64,000 nt of DNA from Blastocatellia bacterium (GTDB taxonomy: Bacteria > Acidobacteriota > Blastocatellia > UBA7656). The notes under the pieces were generated by a model that did no database searches, was not told the DNA's origin, and was given only the letters and a program-made list of their open reading frames with translations. A program made the translations under genes and the position numbers. Shown here in pieces: positions 39,251-49,813 of the stretch; position 1 is the stretch's first letter, and each line of letters starts with the position of its first letter. The stretch lies in contig CAVXWP010000008.1 of the NCBI GenBank assembly GCA_963765495.1, positions 832,001 to 896,000 of the forward strand. Reading direction: 5' to 3'.

Positions 39251-41692
39251 CTACTCGTATCGGAGCGCGGTCATCGGGTCCACTTTCGCCGCGCGGCGCG
39301 CAGGAATGAGCGTCGCTATGAAGGCTACGAGTGAAAGCAGGAGAGGAGTAGCGAGGAAGGTTATCAAATCGGTTGCGCTTACACCATAGAGCAGGCTCGA
39401 CAGGAAGCGCGTCAGACCGAAAGCGGCAAGAAGGCCGATTGCCACTCCGATCAAGGCAAGCATCATGCCTTGCCTTACCACGAGTTTTAGCACATCCGAA
39501 GTTCGAGCGCCCAGCGCCATGCGAATTCCTATTTCATGAGTTCGCTGCGATACCGAATAAGTGATGACTCCGTATAGACCTACCGAAGCCAGCACAAGGG
39601 CGAGCATCCCCAGTATGCCTAGCAGTGTGGCTGCGATGCGTTGAGGGAAGACTGAGATGGCGAGATGATCGGTCATGGATTTTATCTCGTAGAGGGGCAG
39701 GTCGGGGTCCATCGCTCGCACTTCCTGGCGCACGGCGGGGAGCATCTCTTCGGGTGGCCCCGATGTGCGAATCTGAAGGACAACCTCCGAGCGATAGCTT
39801 TGCGCGATTGGCATATACATAAAAGGCTTCGGGTCTTCTCCGAGGAACTGGTACTTGCCGTCTCGGGCCACGCCAACGACTTCCAGTTTTGTATCGCCTA
39901 TTCTTATCTGCGAGCCAAGCGGGTCACGGTCTCCCCAGTACCGTCTGGCCATTGTCTGATTGATGACCGCCACCCTGTTCGAATCCTTATTATCTTGCGC
40001 GGTAAACTCTCGACCCTCGGTAAGCGGGATGCCCATCGTGGCAAAATAATTCAAGCCGACATTGTTGGTAAAGATGTTTATCTCTTCGCCGGGTCGGGGT
40101 TGGTATCCGTCTATTTGCGCGTGTGAAGAGCTTGACCCGCCAAAGCCGAGCGGGACGCGATGGGCCACTGTAGCCGATTCCACGCCGGGCATAGCCTTAA
40201 TTCTTTCTACCATCTGGTCGTGAAACAGCGTACCTCGCTCAGGCGTGTACCCGTTTGGGAAGAGGTCATAGCTAACAAGCAGCATGTTGTTTGGATTAAA
40301 ACCGGGGTCGAGAGTCTGGCCGTTTTTCAGGCTCTTTAGGAACAGCCCCGCGCAAATCAACAGCAGAAGTGAAAGGGCTACTTGAAAGACCACCAGCAGA
40401 TTGCGGAGCCGCGATCTTGCCTGCCCGCCCCCGCTTCGCCCGCCCGCGTCCTTGAGCGTGTTGATCAAATTCGGGTTGGATGTCTGAAGCGCCGGGGCGA
40501 GTCCGAAGATCAACCCTGTCAGGACTGAGACGACAAGTGTAAAGATAAGGATGCGACCGTCAAGGTCGGTCGCAAGCTTTACGGGGATATCGGTTGTAGG
40601 AGCAAAGGCCAGCAAGAGGCCCGCTCCCCAATAAGCTACAAGTAATCCGCCAAGCCCGCCTACAAGAGCGAGTAAGACACTTTCGGTCATCAACTGACGT
40701 ATAAGCCGCAACCGACTGGCTCCAAGCGCCAGCCGAATGGCGATTTCCTTTCTGCGGCCCACGGCTTTCGACAGCAATAAATTGGCCACGTTGGCGCAGG
40801 CAATCAGAAGTACCAGCCCGACTACGGCGGTCATCACGAGCAGAACGGGTTTGAGAAGGAACCCTGCTCCCCACGGAGAGTTCCACAATGGATATAGCGC
40901 GGCGGTCATTCCTTCGTTCGAGCGAGGGTATTCCTGAGCAAGCTGACCGGCCACCGTGTTTATGCTCGACTCTGCCTGTGAGATAGTCACGCCGGGCTTT
41001 AATCGAGCCAGCGACTGCAACCAGCGATTCCCTCTCTGTTCAAGCAATTTGTCGCCCGGAACCACCTGTTGCTGCATCATCATCGGAACCCAGATATCGA
41101 GACCGAGACCTACAACCGTTCCTCCGAAATTTTCAGGAGCGATGCCGACGATAGTGAAGGGGTGGCCGTTTATCGTCACTGTTCGGTTCAGAAGGCCGGG
41201 ATCGGAATTGAACCGGCGTTGCCACAATCCGTGGCTGATCACGGCCACGGCATGGCTGCCGGGATCGCGATCTTCTTCGGGCAAAAAGGTCCGACCGGGC
41301 GAGGCCGCGACTCCCAGCACGTCAAAGTAATTGCCCGACACAATCGCGCCATAAACGCGCTCGGCCCGTCCGCCGTCGCTCAGGCTCATGGCCTGCATGT
41401 CGAATGTGGTGACGCCTGAGAAAACTTCGTTATGGTCTCTGAAATCGACGAAGTCGGGGTAAGAACAACTGATGGGTGACCCGGAAGGCGACTTCGTAGC
41501 GAGTACGACCAGGCTGTCCGGGTCAGACACTCCCGGCAACGGGCGCAATAAAACGGCCTGTACCCAACTGAATATCGTAGTATTTGCCCCAATTCCAAGG
41601 GCAAGAGAAAGGACCGCGATGCCCGTCAGACCGGGATTTTTTAAGAGAGTGCGAAAGCCAAAACGGATGTCTTGAAGCAGGGTGTCAAACAT
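39251..41692 (-). CDS. Duplicated orphan ABC permease (ADOP; 2x MacB-PCD/FtsX), copy 1
   Basis: LALGIGANT.IFS, LLIACANVANLLL, R.ALGA, DPM.ALRYE. Confidence 0.93.
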   Translation of the reverse strand: MFDTLLQDIRFGFRTLLKNPGLTGIAVLSLALGIGANTTIFSWVQAVLLRPLPGVSDPDSLVVLATKSPSGSPISCSYPDFVDFRDHNEVFSGVTTFDMQAMSLSDGGRAERVYGAIVSGNYFDVLGVAASPGRTFLPEEDRDPGSHAVAVISHGLWQRRFNSDPGLLNRTVTINGHPFTIVGIAPENFGGTVVGLGLDIWVPMMMQQQVVPGDKLLEQRGNRWLQSLARLKPGVTISQAESSINTVAGQLAQEYPRSNEGMTAALYPLWNSPWGAGFLLKPVLLVMTAVVGLVLLIACANVANLLLSKAVGRRKEIAIRLALGASRLRLIRQLMTESVLLALVGGLGGLLVAYWGAGLLLAFAPTTDIPVKLATDLDGRILIFTLVVSVLTGLIFGLAPALQTSNPNLINTLKDAGGRSGGGQARSRLRNLLVVFQVALSLLLLICAGLFLKSLKNGQTLDPGFNPNNMLLVSYDLFPNGYTPERGTLFHDQMVERIKAMPGVESATVAHRVPLGFGGSSSSHAQIDGYQPRPGEEINIFTNNVGLNYFATMGIPLTEGREFTAQDNKDSNRVAVINQTMARRYWGDRDPLGSQIRIGDTKLEVVGVARDGKYQFLGEDPKPFMYMPIAQSYRSEVVLQIRTSGPPEEMLPAVRQEVRAMDPDLPLYEIKSMTDHLAISVFPQRIAATLLGILGMLALVLASVGLYGVITYSVSQRTHEIGIRMALGARTSDVLKLVVRQGMMLALIGVAIGLLAAFGLTRFLSSLLYGVSATDLITFLATPLLLSLVAFIATLIPARRAAKVDPMTALRYE

Positions 41693-41814
41693 GCAGCCCC
41701 CAGATGTCTAAAAGATTGTAGGTTCACTGCTGCATTACTAATCGGGAGGGGATTTGGTTCGATTATTTTTTCCTGACCTCCAAACCTCAAGTGTCAAATA
41801 TCAAATCCAGAATC

Positions 41815-42025
41815 GAGATGCACAAGCCTGGTACAGACGAAACTCCAAAGTGGAGTGATGTAGAAATAGGCCACGGATGAACGCGGTTGCGACGGATTTT
41901 CACGGATCTGATTTTATATGAGCTAATCCGCGTAGATCCGCCGCATCCGCGTTCATCCGTGGTCCATTCCAATCTGACCTTCATTCAAATTCATTTGTAC
42001 CAAACTTTTGCGGAGTGTTTTAGAT
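41815..42025. repeat. ~200 bp palindromic dispersed element, copy 2
   Basis: atgcacaagcctggtaca...gaaataggcc...atttgtacca...ttgcggagtg..ttagat shared with copy 1. Confidence 0.8.
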
Positions 42026-44487
42026 CATTCGTATCTGAGAGCTTCCATCGGGTCTACCCTCGTAGCCCGTCGCGCAGGCACGAAACAGGCTGCAAGCGCC
42101 ACTCCCGCCAATATCATCGGCACCATCACAAACGTCATCGGGTCTGTCGCGCTCACCCCAAACAGCAGGCTGCTCATCACTCGCGTCAACGCATAGGAGG
42201 CGGCTAGCCCTGACAGTATGCCGGTAAGTATCAGCGCCATCCCCTGCCCCACTACCAGTCGCAGGATGTCTCCGGTCTTCGCTCCCAGTGCCATCCTTAT
42301 TCCGATCTCGTGCGTGCGTTGAGCCACCGTAAATGATACGAGTCCGTAGATCCCAACAATCGCCAGTATCAGCGCGACCGCGCCGAATGTGCCCATTAGA
42401 ATCATGTTGAATCGCGGCTGCGCGATAGCGCCTGCCAGTACCTGTTCCAGCGTTGTTATCTCTGAGATGGGCTGGGTTGCATCTATCGCGCTTATTTCAT
42501 CTCGAATCGCCGGGATGAGGGATGAAGGATCACCTGTAGTTCGTATCAGCGCCGTCATATCGGCCAGAGGAACCTGCCGCGCAGGCAAATAATATGCAGG
42601 CTCGATCTCGGCATCCAGACCCATAAACTTCGAGTCTCGCACGATGCCTACTATCTCGAATGAAGTAGGGACAGCCTTTCCCCAGAGGTTTGATGGAGTT
42701 GTGATCTGTACTCGCTTGCCAAGCGGGTCTTCGTCTGAAAAGTAGCGGCGAGCCAGGGCGTCGTTTATGATGATCACACCGGGGCGGTCGGTGTCATCCT
42801 GCTCGGTGAAGAGGCGGCCTCTTTCCAGTTCCATCCCAACCGTGCGGAAATAACCGGCGCTTACGGGGCGGAATCTGCCGGAGGGATGTTCACCCGGCTC
42901 AGGTTCGGGGCGCCCTTCGATTGAAAAACTGTCTATCCAGGTTGATTTCAACGGGTGGTCATAGGCCACGGCAGTGGATTCGACTCCCGGGATGCGGTTA
43001 ACTCGTTCGAGGAATTCCGCATAGAAATCTCGAATCTGATACCAGTCGGCATACTTTGATTGAGGCAGGGTGAGATCAAACAGCAGGACCCCCTGCGCAT
43101 TAAAGCCGGGGTTCACACGATTTAATTGCCAGAAACTCCTGATCAATAAACCGGCAGCCGTCACAAGAATGACCGCAAGGCTCACTTGAGCCACAACAAG
43201 AAGGCGACGAAACATCTGGCGGCTCGTCCCCGGTTGCAGGCTCCGCCCCCCCTCCTTGAGCGTCTCTACGAGATCGGGTCTGGAAGTTTGCAGGGCCGGC
43301 ATCAATCCGAATACGAGACTGGAAAGGAGGGAGATAAGCAGGGTGAAGCCAAGCACGTTCGAATCAACCCTGACCTGATCGAGCCGGGGGATTTCCTGTG
43401 GGATGATCTTCAGCAAGAGGTCAATGCCAAATAGCGCGAGCCAGATGCCCGCAGCGCCCCCGACAAGCGCAAGTAACAGACCTTCCACAAAAAACTGGCG
43501 CACCAGCCGCAGTCTGCTCGCGCCAAGCGCCGCGCGAATCGCCACCTCTTTCTGGCGTCCCGTCATCCGCGCAAGCAGGAGACTCGCTATGTTGGCGCAG
43601 GCAATCAGCAACACTAACCCGACCGTGCCAAGCAGGATTAGCAGCGCCGGTCTCACGCTTCCAACCACCTCATCGACAAGCGGGCTGACCAGTATGCCTT
43701 CATTCCTGTCTTCCGGGTATTGCTGTTCAAGGCGGGCGGCGATCACATCCATTTCCGATTGCGCATCTTTAATAGTAACGCCCTGTTTGAGGCGACCAAT
43801 GACCCCGAGTACGTGCGAATTGCGATTTGCGGCACGTTGTTCATTTAGCGTGAAAGGGATCAGATAATCCTGATGACTCGGCTGGAAAATTATCTGCGTG
43901 GATGTCATTGGCCACGTGGGATAAATACCTGCGGGCATCACTCCAACAACGGTGTAGCTGGTCCCATCCAACGTGATCGCCTTGCCGATAATATCGGGAT
44001 CGGCTCCGAACCTTCGCACCCACAAACCGTGCCCAAGAATGATCACGCTGTTTCTGCCCGGCTGCCCCTCTTCGGCTGAGAATGCGCGACCCAGAATCGG
44101 TGAGAGTCCCAGCGTAGCAAAATAGTTTGTGCTGACCCGCGCGCCCAAAAGCATTTCGGGTTCACCACTGCCGGTCAGGTTCATGCCGGACGCGCCGAAA
44201 GTTGCTATGTTTTCAAAAAGGGTGCCCTGCCTTTGCCAGTCAAGATAATTCGCGGGCGTTACGCGCGATCTGTCCCCTCCCCGGTCGATCCTGGTTTCCC
44301 AGAGCGCAACAACCCGGTCAGGCTCCTTATATCCCAGAGGCTTGAGCAAGACCGCGTTGACTACGCTGAAGATCGCCGTGTTTATCCCGATCCCCAATGC
44401 CAGCGTCATTATTACCACGGCGGTGAATCCGGGATTTTTGACCAGCAACCGCATTCCGTACTTCACGTCCTGCCACAGATTGTCCAT
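42025..44487 (-). CDS. Duplicated orphan ABC permease (ADOP), copy 2
   Basis: Same motifs as copy 1; ATG 44487 with RBS aggag. Confidence 0.93.
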   Translation of the reverse strand: MDNLWQDVKYGMRLLVKNPGFTAVVIMTLALGIGINTAIFSVVNAVLLKPLGYKEPDRVVALWETRIDRGGDRSRVTPANYLDWQRQGTLFENIATFGASGMNLTGSGEPEMLLGARVSTNYFATLGLSPILGRAFSAEEGQPGRNSVIILGHGLWVRRFGADPDIIGKAITLDGTSYTVVGVMPAGIYPTWPMTSTQIIFQPSHQDYLIPFTLNEQRAANRNSHVLGVIGRLKQGVTIKDAQSEMDVIAARLEQQYPEDRNEGILVSPLVDEVVGSVRPALLILLGTVGLVLLIACANIASLLLARMTGRQKEVAIRAALGASRLRLVRQFFVEGLLLALVGGAAGIWLALFGIDLLLKIIPQEIPRLDQVRVDSNVLGFTLLISLLSSLVFGLMPALQTSRPDLVETLKEGGRSLQPGTSRQMFRRLLVVAQVSLAVILVTAAGLLIRSFWQLNRVNPGFNAQGVLLFDLTLPQSKYADWYQIRDFYAEFLERVNRIPGVESTAVAYDHPLKSTWIDSFSIEGRPEPEPGEHPSGRFRPVSAGYFRTVGMELERGRLFTEQDDTDRPGVIIINDALARRYFSDEDPLGKRVQITTPSNLWGKAVPTSFEIVGIVRDSKFMGLDAEIEPAYYLPARQVPLADMTALIRTTGDPSSLIPAIRDEISAIDATQPISEITTLEQVLAGAIAQPRFNMILMGTFGAVALILAIVGIYGLVSFTVAQRTHEIGIRMALGAKTGDILRLVVGQGMALILTGILSGLAASYALTRVMSSLLFGVSATDPMTFVMVPMILAGVALAACFVPARRATRVDPMEALRYE

Positions 44488-44541
44488 TTGATCTCCTAAT
44501 CTCAGCGAGCGCATCTCAAATCTCGAATCTCAAATCCGAGA

Positions 44542-46959
44542 TCATTCGTATCTGAGAGCTTCCATCGGGTCTATCCTCGTAGCGCGTCGCGCAGGCACGA
44601 AACAGGCTGCAAGCGCCACTCCCGTCAATATCATCGGCACCATCACAAACGTCATCGGGTCTGTCGCGCTCACCCCAAACAGCAGGCTGCTCATCACTCG
44701 CGTCAACGCATAGGAGGCGGCTAGCCCTGACAGTATGCCGGTAAGTATCAGCGCCATCCCCTGCCCCACTACCAGTCGCAGGATGTCTCCGGTCTTCGCT
44801 CCCAGTGCCATCCTTACTCCGATCTCGTGTGTGCGCTGCCTGACCGAATAAGAAATCACGCCGTATATTCCTATGCTTGCCAGAATCAGAGCTATCGCGG
44901 AAAACATGGCAACGAGCAGCATGTTGAAACGCCGATCCGAGACCGATTCTGAAATCAGGTCGGTCATCGGGGCCACGTTGTAAATGGTCAACTCTTTCTC
45001 AAGCCCAAGCATTTGTTGGCGAACATTGCTTACCAGGGCCGAAGGGTCCCCGGTTGTGCGAATCGCTATGAAAGGGCTGACCGGCGGCCCCTGTTTGAAA
45101 TACATGTAGACTTCGGGGCGAGCCGCGACATCAAGCCCGAAATGATTGACATCGCCTACGACACCGACGATTGTCCACCACGGAGCATTCGGGTCGCCAA
45201 AAAACCTGATTCTTTTCCCGAGCGGGTCTTCACCCGGCCAGAACCTGCGCGCCGCCGATTCGGTGACAAGCCCGACCCTTGGCGAATCAGGCAAGTCTCG
45301 TTCTTCAAAGACGCGACCCTCCTTCAAGGGGATGCCCATCGCCTGAAAGTAATCCTTGCTTACACGGCGGAATTCGACTTCGGGACGCTCGCCTTCCGGG
45401 ACGGGCTGGCCCTCGATTTCGAGTGTGGTCGTGACCCCATCCATATTGCCTAATGGAAGCCGCGTGGTCCCGCCCACGGCCTGTACTCCAGGCAGAGAGG
45501 CTATGCGTTCAAACAATTGATCGTAGAAGGCCGCTCTCCGTGCCGATTGTCTGTACTGTTCCTGTTCCGGCAGCATGATTTGCATCGTCAGGAGATTTTC
45601 CTGATTGAACCCCGGATTTACCTGCAACAGGCGAGAGAAGCTGCGTATCATAAGACCCGCGCCTATCAACAACACGAGCGCAAGGGCTACTTCAGACACC
45701 ACGAGCAGGCTTCGCAGCCGGCCTCTGCCGCTCGCAAAACTCGTCCTCCCTCCTTCCTTGAGCGATTCGGTCAGGCTTGACTTTGAAAATTGCATCGCGG
45801 GGGCGAGGCCGAAAATGATTCCGGTCAATAGCGATATTATGAGCGTGAAGCCAAGCACCTGAGAGTCAATAACAATCTCATCGAGGCGAGGCAAATTCTT
45901 CGGGCTCAGCGCGCGAAGAAGGCTCACGCCCCATAGCGAAAGCAGCAAACCGGCCGCGCCGCCTACAAGAGAGAGGGTAACGCTTTCGGTCAAAAACTGC
46001 CGAATGAGTCGCAGGCGGGAAGCGCCAAGCGCGGTTCGGACCGCGATCTCTTTCTCCCGCGCTGCCGCTCGCGCTACCAGAAGGTTGGCCAGATTGGCGC
46101 AGGCAATCAGGAGCACGAAACCGACTACGCCAAACAGGACGAGCAGCGCGGGTCGAACCTTCCCTGTGATCTCTTTGTGAAGAGAGACGACATTGCCGCC
46201 AAGCCCCGTGTTTATCTCGGGGTATTGTTGCTCTAGCTGTCGAGTGATTGTAGCAACCTCCGTTCCGGCCTGATCAAAACTTGCGCCCGGAGCGAGATGT
46301 CCCACAACGGTCAGAAAGCGTACGGCTCGCCCTCGCGGAATAACCGGGTTAAGCTGCAACGGGAGCCAGAGGTCTACGTCTTCAAGGAAGTGAAACCCGC
46401 CGGGCATTACCCCGATGATAGTTGTCTTTCTGCTGTCGAGCGTTATCGTTTTGCCGCAAACATTCGGGTCTGCGCCAAAATGTCTAAGCCACAAACTATG
46501 GCTGATCAATGCGAGGTCTTCCTTGCCGGGTTTGTCTTCGGATTCTTGAAAAGCGCGGCCTAGAATCGGCCTTACGCCGAGCAGATCAAAGAAAGAGGCC
46601 GAGACCCAGAACCCTGTCACGTGTTCGGGCTCACCGTCGCCTGTGAGCCCGAAATTCCAGACCGGCGTAATCGCAGTCATCTCATCGAAACTCTGGCTCT
46701 GGTTACGGATATCTTCATAATTCGGGAAGGAAATGGGGTCGAGTTTCCCGCCTTCCTTGAAGTTTTCGTTCCGAACAATCGCAAGCCTCGACGGGTCTTT
46801 GAACGGGAGAGGCTTGAGCAGCACGCCATTTACTACGCTGAAGATCGCGGAGTTCGCGCCTATGCCAAGAGCAAGAGTCAGCACAGCGACAGAGGTGAAG
46901 CCGGGGTTCTTAACCATCATTCGGAACGCGTATCGGATGTCCTGCCAGAAATTTTGCAT
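44542..46959 (-). CDS. Duplicated orphan ABC permease (ADOP), copy 3
   Basis: Same motifs; ATG 46959 with RBS ggagg. Confidence 0.93.
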   Translation of the reverse strand: MQNFWQDIRYAFRMMVKNPGFTSVAVLTLALGIGANSAIFSVVNGVLLKPLPFKDPSRLAIVRNENFKEGGKLDPISFPNYEDIRNQSQSFDEMTAITPVWNFGLTGDGEPEHVTGFWVSASFFDLLGVRPILGRAFQESEDKPGKEDLALISHSLWLRHFGADPNVCGKTITLDSRKTTIIGVMPGGFHFLEDVDLWLPLQLNPVIPRGRAVRFLTVVGHLAPGASFDQAGTEVATITRQLEQQYPEINTGLGGNVVSLHKEITGKVRPALLVLFGVVGFVLLIACANLANLLVARAAAREKEIAVRTALGASRLRLIRQFLTESVTLSLVGGAAGLLLSLWGVSLLRALSPKNLPRLDEIVIDSQVLGFTLIISLLTGIIFGLAPAMQFSKSSLTESLKEGGRTSFASGRGRLRSLLVVSEVALALVLLIGAGLMIRSFSRLLQVNPGFNQENLLTMQIMLPEQEQYRQSARRAAFYDQLFERIASLPGVQAVGGTTRLPLGNMDGVTTTLEIEGQPVPEGERPEVEFRRVSKDYFQAMGIPLKEGRVFEERDLPDSPRVGLVTESAARRFWPGEDPLGKRIRFFGDPNAPWWTIVGVVGDVNHFGLDVAARPEVYMYFKQGPPVSPFIAIRTTGDPSALVSNVRQQMLGLEKELTIYNVAPMTDLISESVSDRRFNMLLVAMFSAIALILASIGIYGVISYSVRQRTHEIGVRMALGAKTGDILRLVVGQGMALILTGILSGLAASYALTRVMSSLLFGVSATDPMTFVMVPMILTGVALAACFVPARRATRIDPMEALRYE

Positions 46960-46997
46960 ATTTCCTCCCGCCTCTATCTCAAATCTCATATCCGAGT

Positions 46998-49430
46998 TTA
47001 TTCATATCTGAGAGCAACCATCGGGTCCACTTTCGTAGCGCGGCGGGCAGGAACATAACAGGCTACAAGGGCCACGACGATAAGCAATAAAGAGACCGCA
47101 ATAAAGGTGACAGGATCGGTTGCGCTCACGCCGTAAAGCAGTACCGACAACACCCGCATCAAGGCAAGCGCCCCGGCAATTCCGCAAACGATTCCGGCCC
47201 CGGCAAAGCTCATGCCCTTGCCCAGTACGTTTCTTAGTATCGCGCCCTCGCCTGCGCCAAGCGCCATGCGGATGCCTATTTCGTGGGTCCGCTCAGTGAC
47301 CGAGTAAGAGATAACACCGTATATTCCTACGAGGGCGAGCACCAGTCCCACAGCGGCAAAAATGACCAGAAGCAGCGTGTTGAATCGCTGTTGCGCGATT
47401 GAATTTGCGATCAACTCTTCGATTGGCGAAATTCTGTAGACCGGCTGATCGGGGTCTACGGCTGCGACTTCCCCGCGAATTGCGGAGGCCAGGCTCATCG
47501 GGTCGCCCGAAGCCCTTACAACAAAGTTTCCCCACCCCCAGGTTTGTTGACGATGTGGGACATACATCTCCGGCAACAGGTCGCGCGAAAGTCCAGAATG
47601 GCGCACATCGCCGACTATGCCTACGATCTCCCAGATAGCAGGCTCGTTATCGTCTACATTTACGCCCACGTTAGAGATTCGCTGGCCGATAGGGTTTTCA
47701 TCCGGCCAGTAGCGACGGGCAAGCGTTTCATTGAGGATGACAGCGCCGATTCCGCCTTTTCTGTCCGCATCGGTGAACTCGCGGCCCTTCAATAAAGGAA
47801 TACGCATTGTTTTGAAGTAACCCGGTGTCACACCGCGAAGACCGGCTTCGGGTTCCTGTCCGGGCAATGAAGGCCGTCCCTCAATCGTAAAACCCGTGTA
47901 AACATTATTTCCGCTAAAAGGTGCGGGCGTCACAAGGTCGGCAGATTTTACGCCGGGGAGAGCCCTTATACGATCGAGCACCTGTTGAAAGAACTCTATC
48001 CGCTGCTGGTCTTCCGGGAACTTCGTGCGCGAGGTCGAGATTCGCGCCATCAACACGTTCTCAGGATCGAAGCCGGGATTGACCTGTCTGAGCGTGAAGA
48101 AACTCTTTATCAATAATCCCGCGCCGATCAAGAGCATGAAGGCCAGAGCCACCTCAGAAACTACAAGCAAGCCGCGAAGGCGATGGCGTCCGGGACCGGC
48201 GGTGCTGCTGCGGCTTCCATCCTTGAGCGATTCATTCATATCGGGGTGCGATGCCTTAAGCGCAGGCATCAGACCAAAGATGATGCCCGTCAAAATCGAG
48301 GCCGTAAACGTAAAGGCGAGGACGCGAATATCAATCCCGACCGCGTTTATTTGCGGCAGATTTGCCGGCGCGAAAGAGATCAGGAAATCTTTCCCCCACG
48401 CGCCGATAAGCAATCCGAGCGCGCCGCCCGCAAGTCCAAGTATCAGGCTTTCCGTGAGCAGTTGCCGCACTATGCGCCATCGGCTCGCGCCCAGTGCCGT
48501 GCGGATGGCGATCTCTTTTTGACGTGACGAGGCTCTTGCAAGCAGCAGGTTCGCCACGTTCGAACAGGCGATCAGCAACACGAAGGCCACAGCGCCAAAC
48601 AAGACCCACAGCGCGGGACGGACATCAGCGACAAGATCATCGTGTAATCCGACAAGCTCAATGCCGATGTCGGTATTTGTCTGGGGGTAGAGTTTTTCGA
48701 GGCTTGCGGCAAGATTGCGCATATCGGCCTGCGCCTGCTCGATTGTAACGCCGGGTTTCAAACGGGCTACTACCCGATTTGTCTTGGCTCCCCTCTCTTG
48801 CAGGTTGCCCCCTTCGAAGGCAATGGTTGTGAACACCTTCGCGTCGTCAACAGAGACCGGAAATTTAAATTCTGCGGGCAGGACGCCAATGATCGTGTAG
48901 GGCTCATCGCTAAGCATGAGGGTACGGCCAGGTACGGTTGTGTCCCCGGCAAACAATCGCTGCCATAGACCATAGCTCAAGACAACCAGCCGTTCTGAGC
49001 CGGGTTTGTCTTCGCCCGGAAGAAAGGTGCGGCCGAGTATCGGGCTTACCCGGAGAAGATCGAAAAAATTTGCCGATACGCTCCCGCTGTCGATCCGTTC
49101 GGCCTCTTTGAATCCTGTGAGAGTAAAACCGGTTGACCTGAAGGCCGCGACATCGTCAAAGACCTGGTTCTGCGCTCTCCAGTCTTCGTAATTCGGGAAA
49201 GAAGTCATGAAGCCGCCCTTGCCGATCTTTGTATCGAACTCAGAAGCGAGCACGAGACGATCGGCTTCAGCAAGCGGGAGAGGGCGCAGCAGGATCGCGT
49301 TTATCACGCTGAAGATTGCCGTGTTGGCCCCAATGCCTAAAGCCAGAGCGAGTACGGCGATCCCGGTGAATCCCGGTTTTTTCAGCAGAGTGCGAACAGC
49401 GTAGCGAATGTCTTGAATCAAACTCTCCAT
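46998..49430 (-). CDS. Duplicated orphan ABC permease (ADOP), copy 4
   Basis: Same motifs; MESLIQDIRYA start at 49430. Confidence 0.93.
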   Translation of the reverse strand: MESLIQDIRYAVRTLLKKPGFTGIAVLALALGIGANTAIFSVINAILLRPLPLAEADRLVLASEFDTKIGKGGFMTSFPNYEDWRAQNQVFDDVAAFRSTGFTLTGFKEAERIDSGSVSANFFDLLRVSPILGRTFLPGEDKPGSERLVVLSYGLWQRLFAGDTTVPGRTLMLSDEPYTIIGVLPAEFKFPVSVDDAKVFTTIAFEGGNLQERGAKTNRVVARLKPGVTIEQAQADMRNLAASLEKLYPQTNTDIGIELVGLHDDLVADVRPALWVLFGAVAFVLLIACSNVANLLLARASSRQKEIAIRTALGASRWRIVRQLLTESLILGLAGGALGLLIGAWGKDFLISFAPANLPQINAVGIDIRVLAFTFTASILTGIIFGLMPALKASHPDMNESLKDGSRSSTAGPGRHRLRGLLVVSEVALAFMLLIGAGLLIKSFFTLRQVNPGFDPENVLMARISTSRTKFPEDQQRIEFFQQVLDRIRALPGVKSADLVTPAPFSGNNVYTGFTIEGRPSLPGQEPEAGLRGVTPGYFKTMRIPLLKGREFTDADRKGGIGAVILNETLARRYWPDENPIGQRISNVGVNVDDNEPAIWEIVGIVGDVRHSGLSRDLLPEMYVPHRQQTWGWGNFVVRASGDPMSLASAIRGEVAAVDPDQPVYRISPIEELIANSIAQQRFNTLLLVIFAAVGLVLALVGIYGVISYSVTERTHEIGIRMALGAGEGAILRNVLGKGMSFAGAGIVCGIAGALALMRVLSVLLYGVSATDPVTFIAVSLLLIVVALVACYVPARRATKVDPMVALRYE

Positions 49431-49696
49431 AGCCTTTTTCCCCTTAAATCTGTCAATGATGACTTCAATGATTGATTGACAGTGTTTCGATAATTGATCG
49501 CGAACGAAGGCGCTTTTCCCTGTGAAGGCTAAACCAAGCGGCGTGCCATAGGTGTTGACTACTCTTAAGTGAATCAATAGCTCAAGTTGGCGGGGTTTAA
49601 TAAATCACGGGCGAGCATAACGGTGTTCGTTTCCTGGAAAGCCATTCCCAAAAACGGGCACGAATCAGTTTTCCCAATATCTTCAAAGGGGCGAAT

Positions 49697-49800
49697 AGAA
49701 ATAGGCCGGGACGGTCGCGGATGCGGCGGATCGACGCGGATCAGACCATATTTGAGCTAATCCGCGCTAATCCGTCACATCCGTCGAATCCGCGACCTAA
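49697..49800. repeat. Diverged copy of the CGCGGAT/ATCCGCG palindromic element
   Basis: agaaataggcc...cgcggatgcggcggatcgacgcggatcaga...tgagctaatccgcgctaatccg. Confidence 0.75.
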
Positions 49801-49813
49801 TCTCCACGATGCA

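Noticed and set aside
39039-39389. ORFs 39039-39389, 41887-42207 and 49721-50104 with similar RIxAD/IRxNP peptides
   Set aside because: Translations of the palindromic DNA element running antisense into real genes.
36212-49800. CRISPR array suggested by recurring repeats
   Set aside because: Repeats are dispersed palindromes or 7-10 nt tandem units, with no constant repeat-spacer period and no cas genes.
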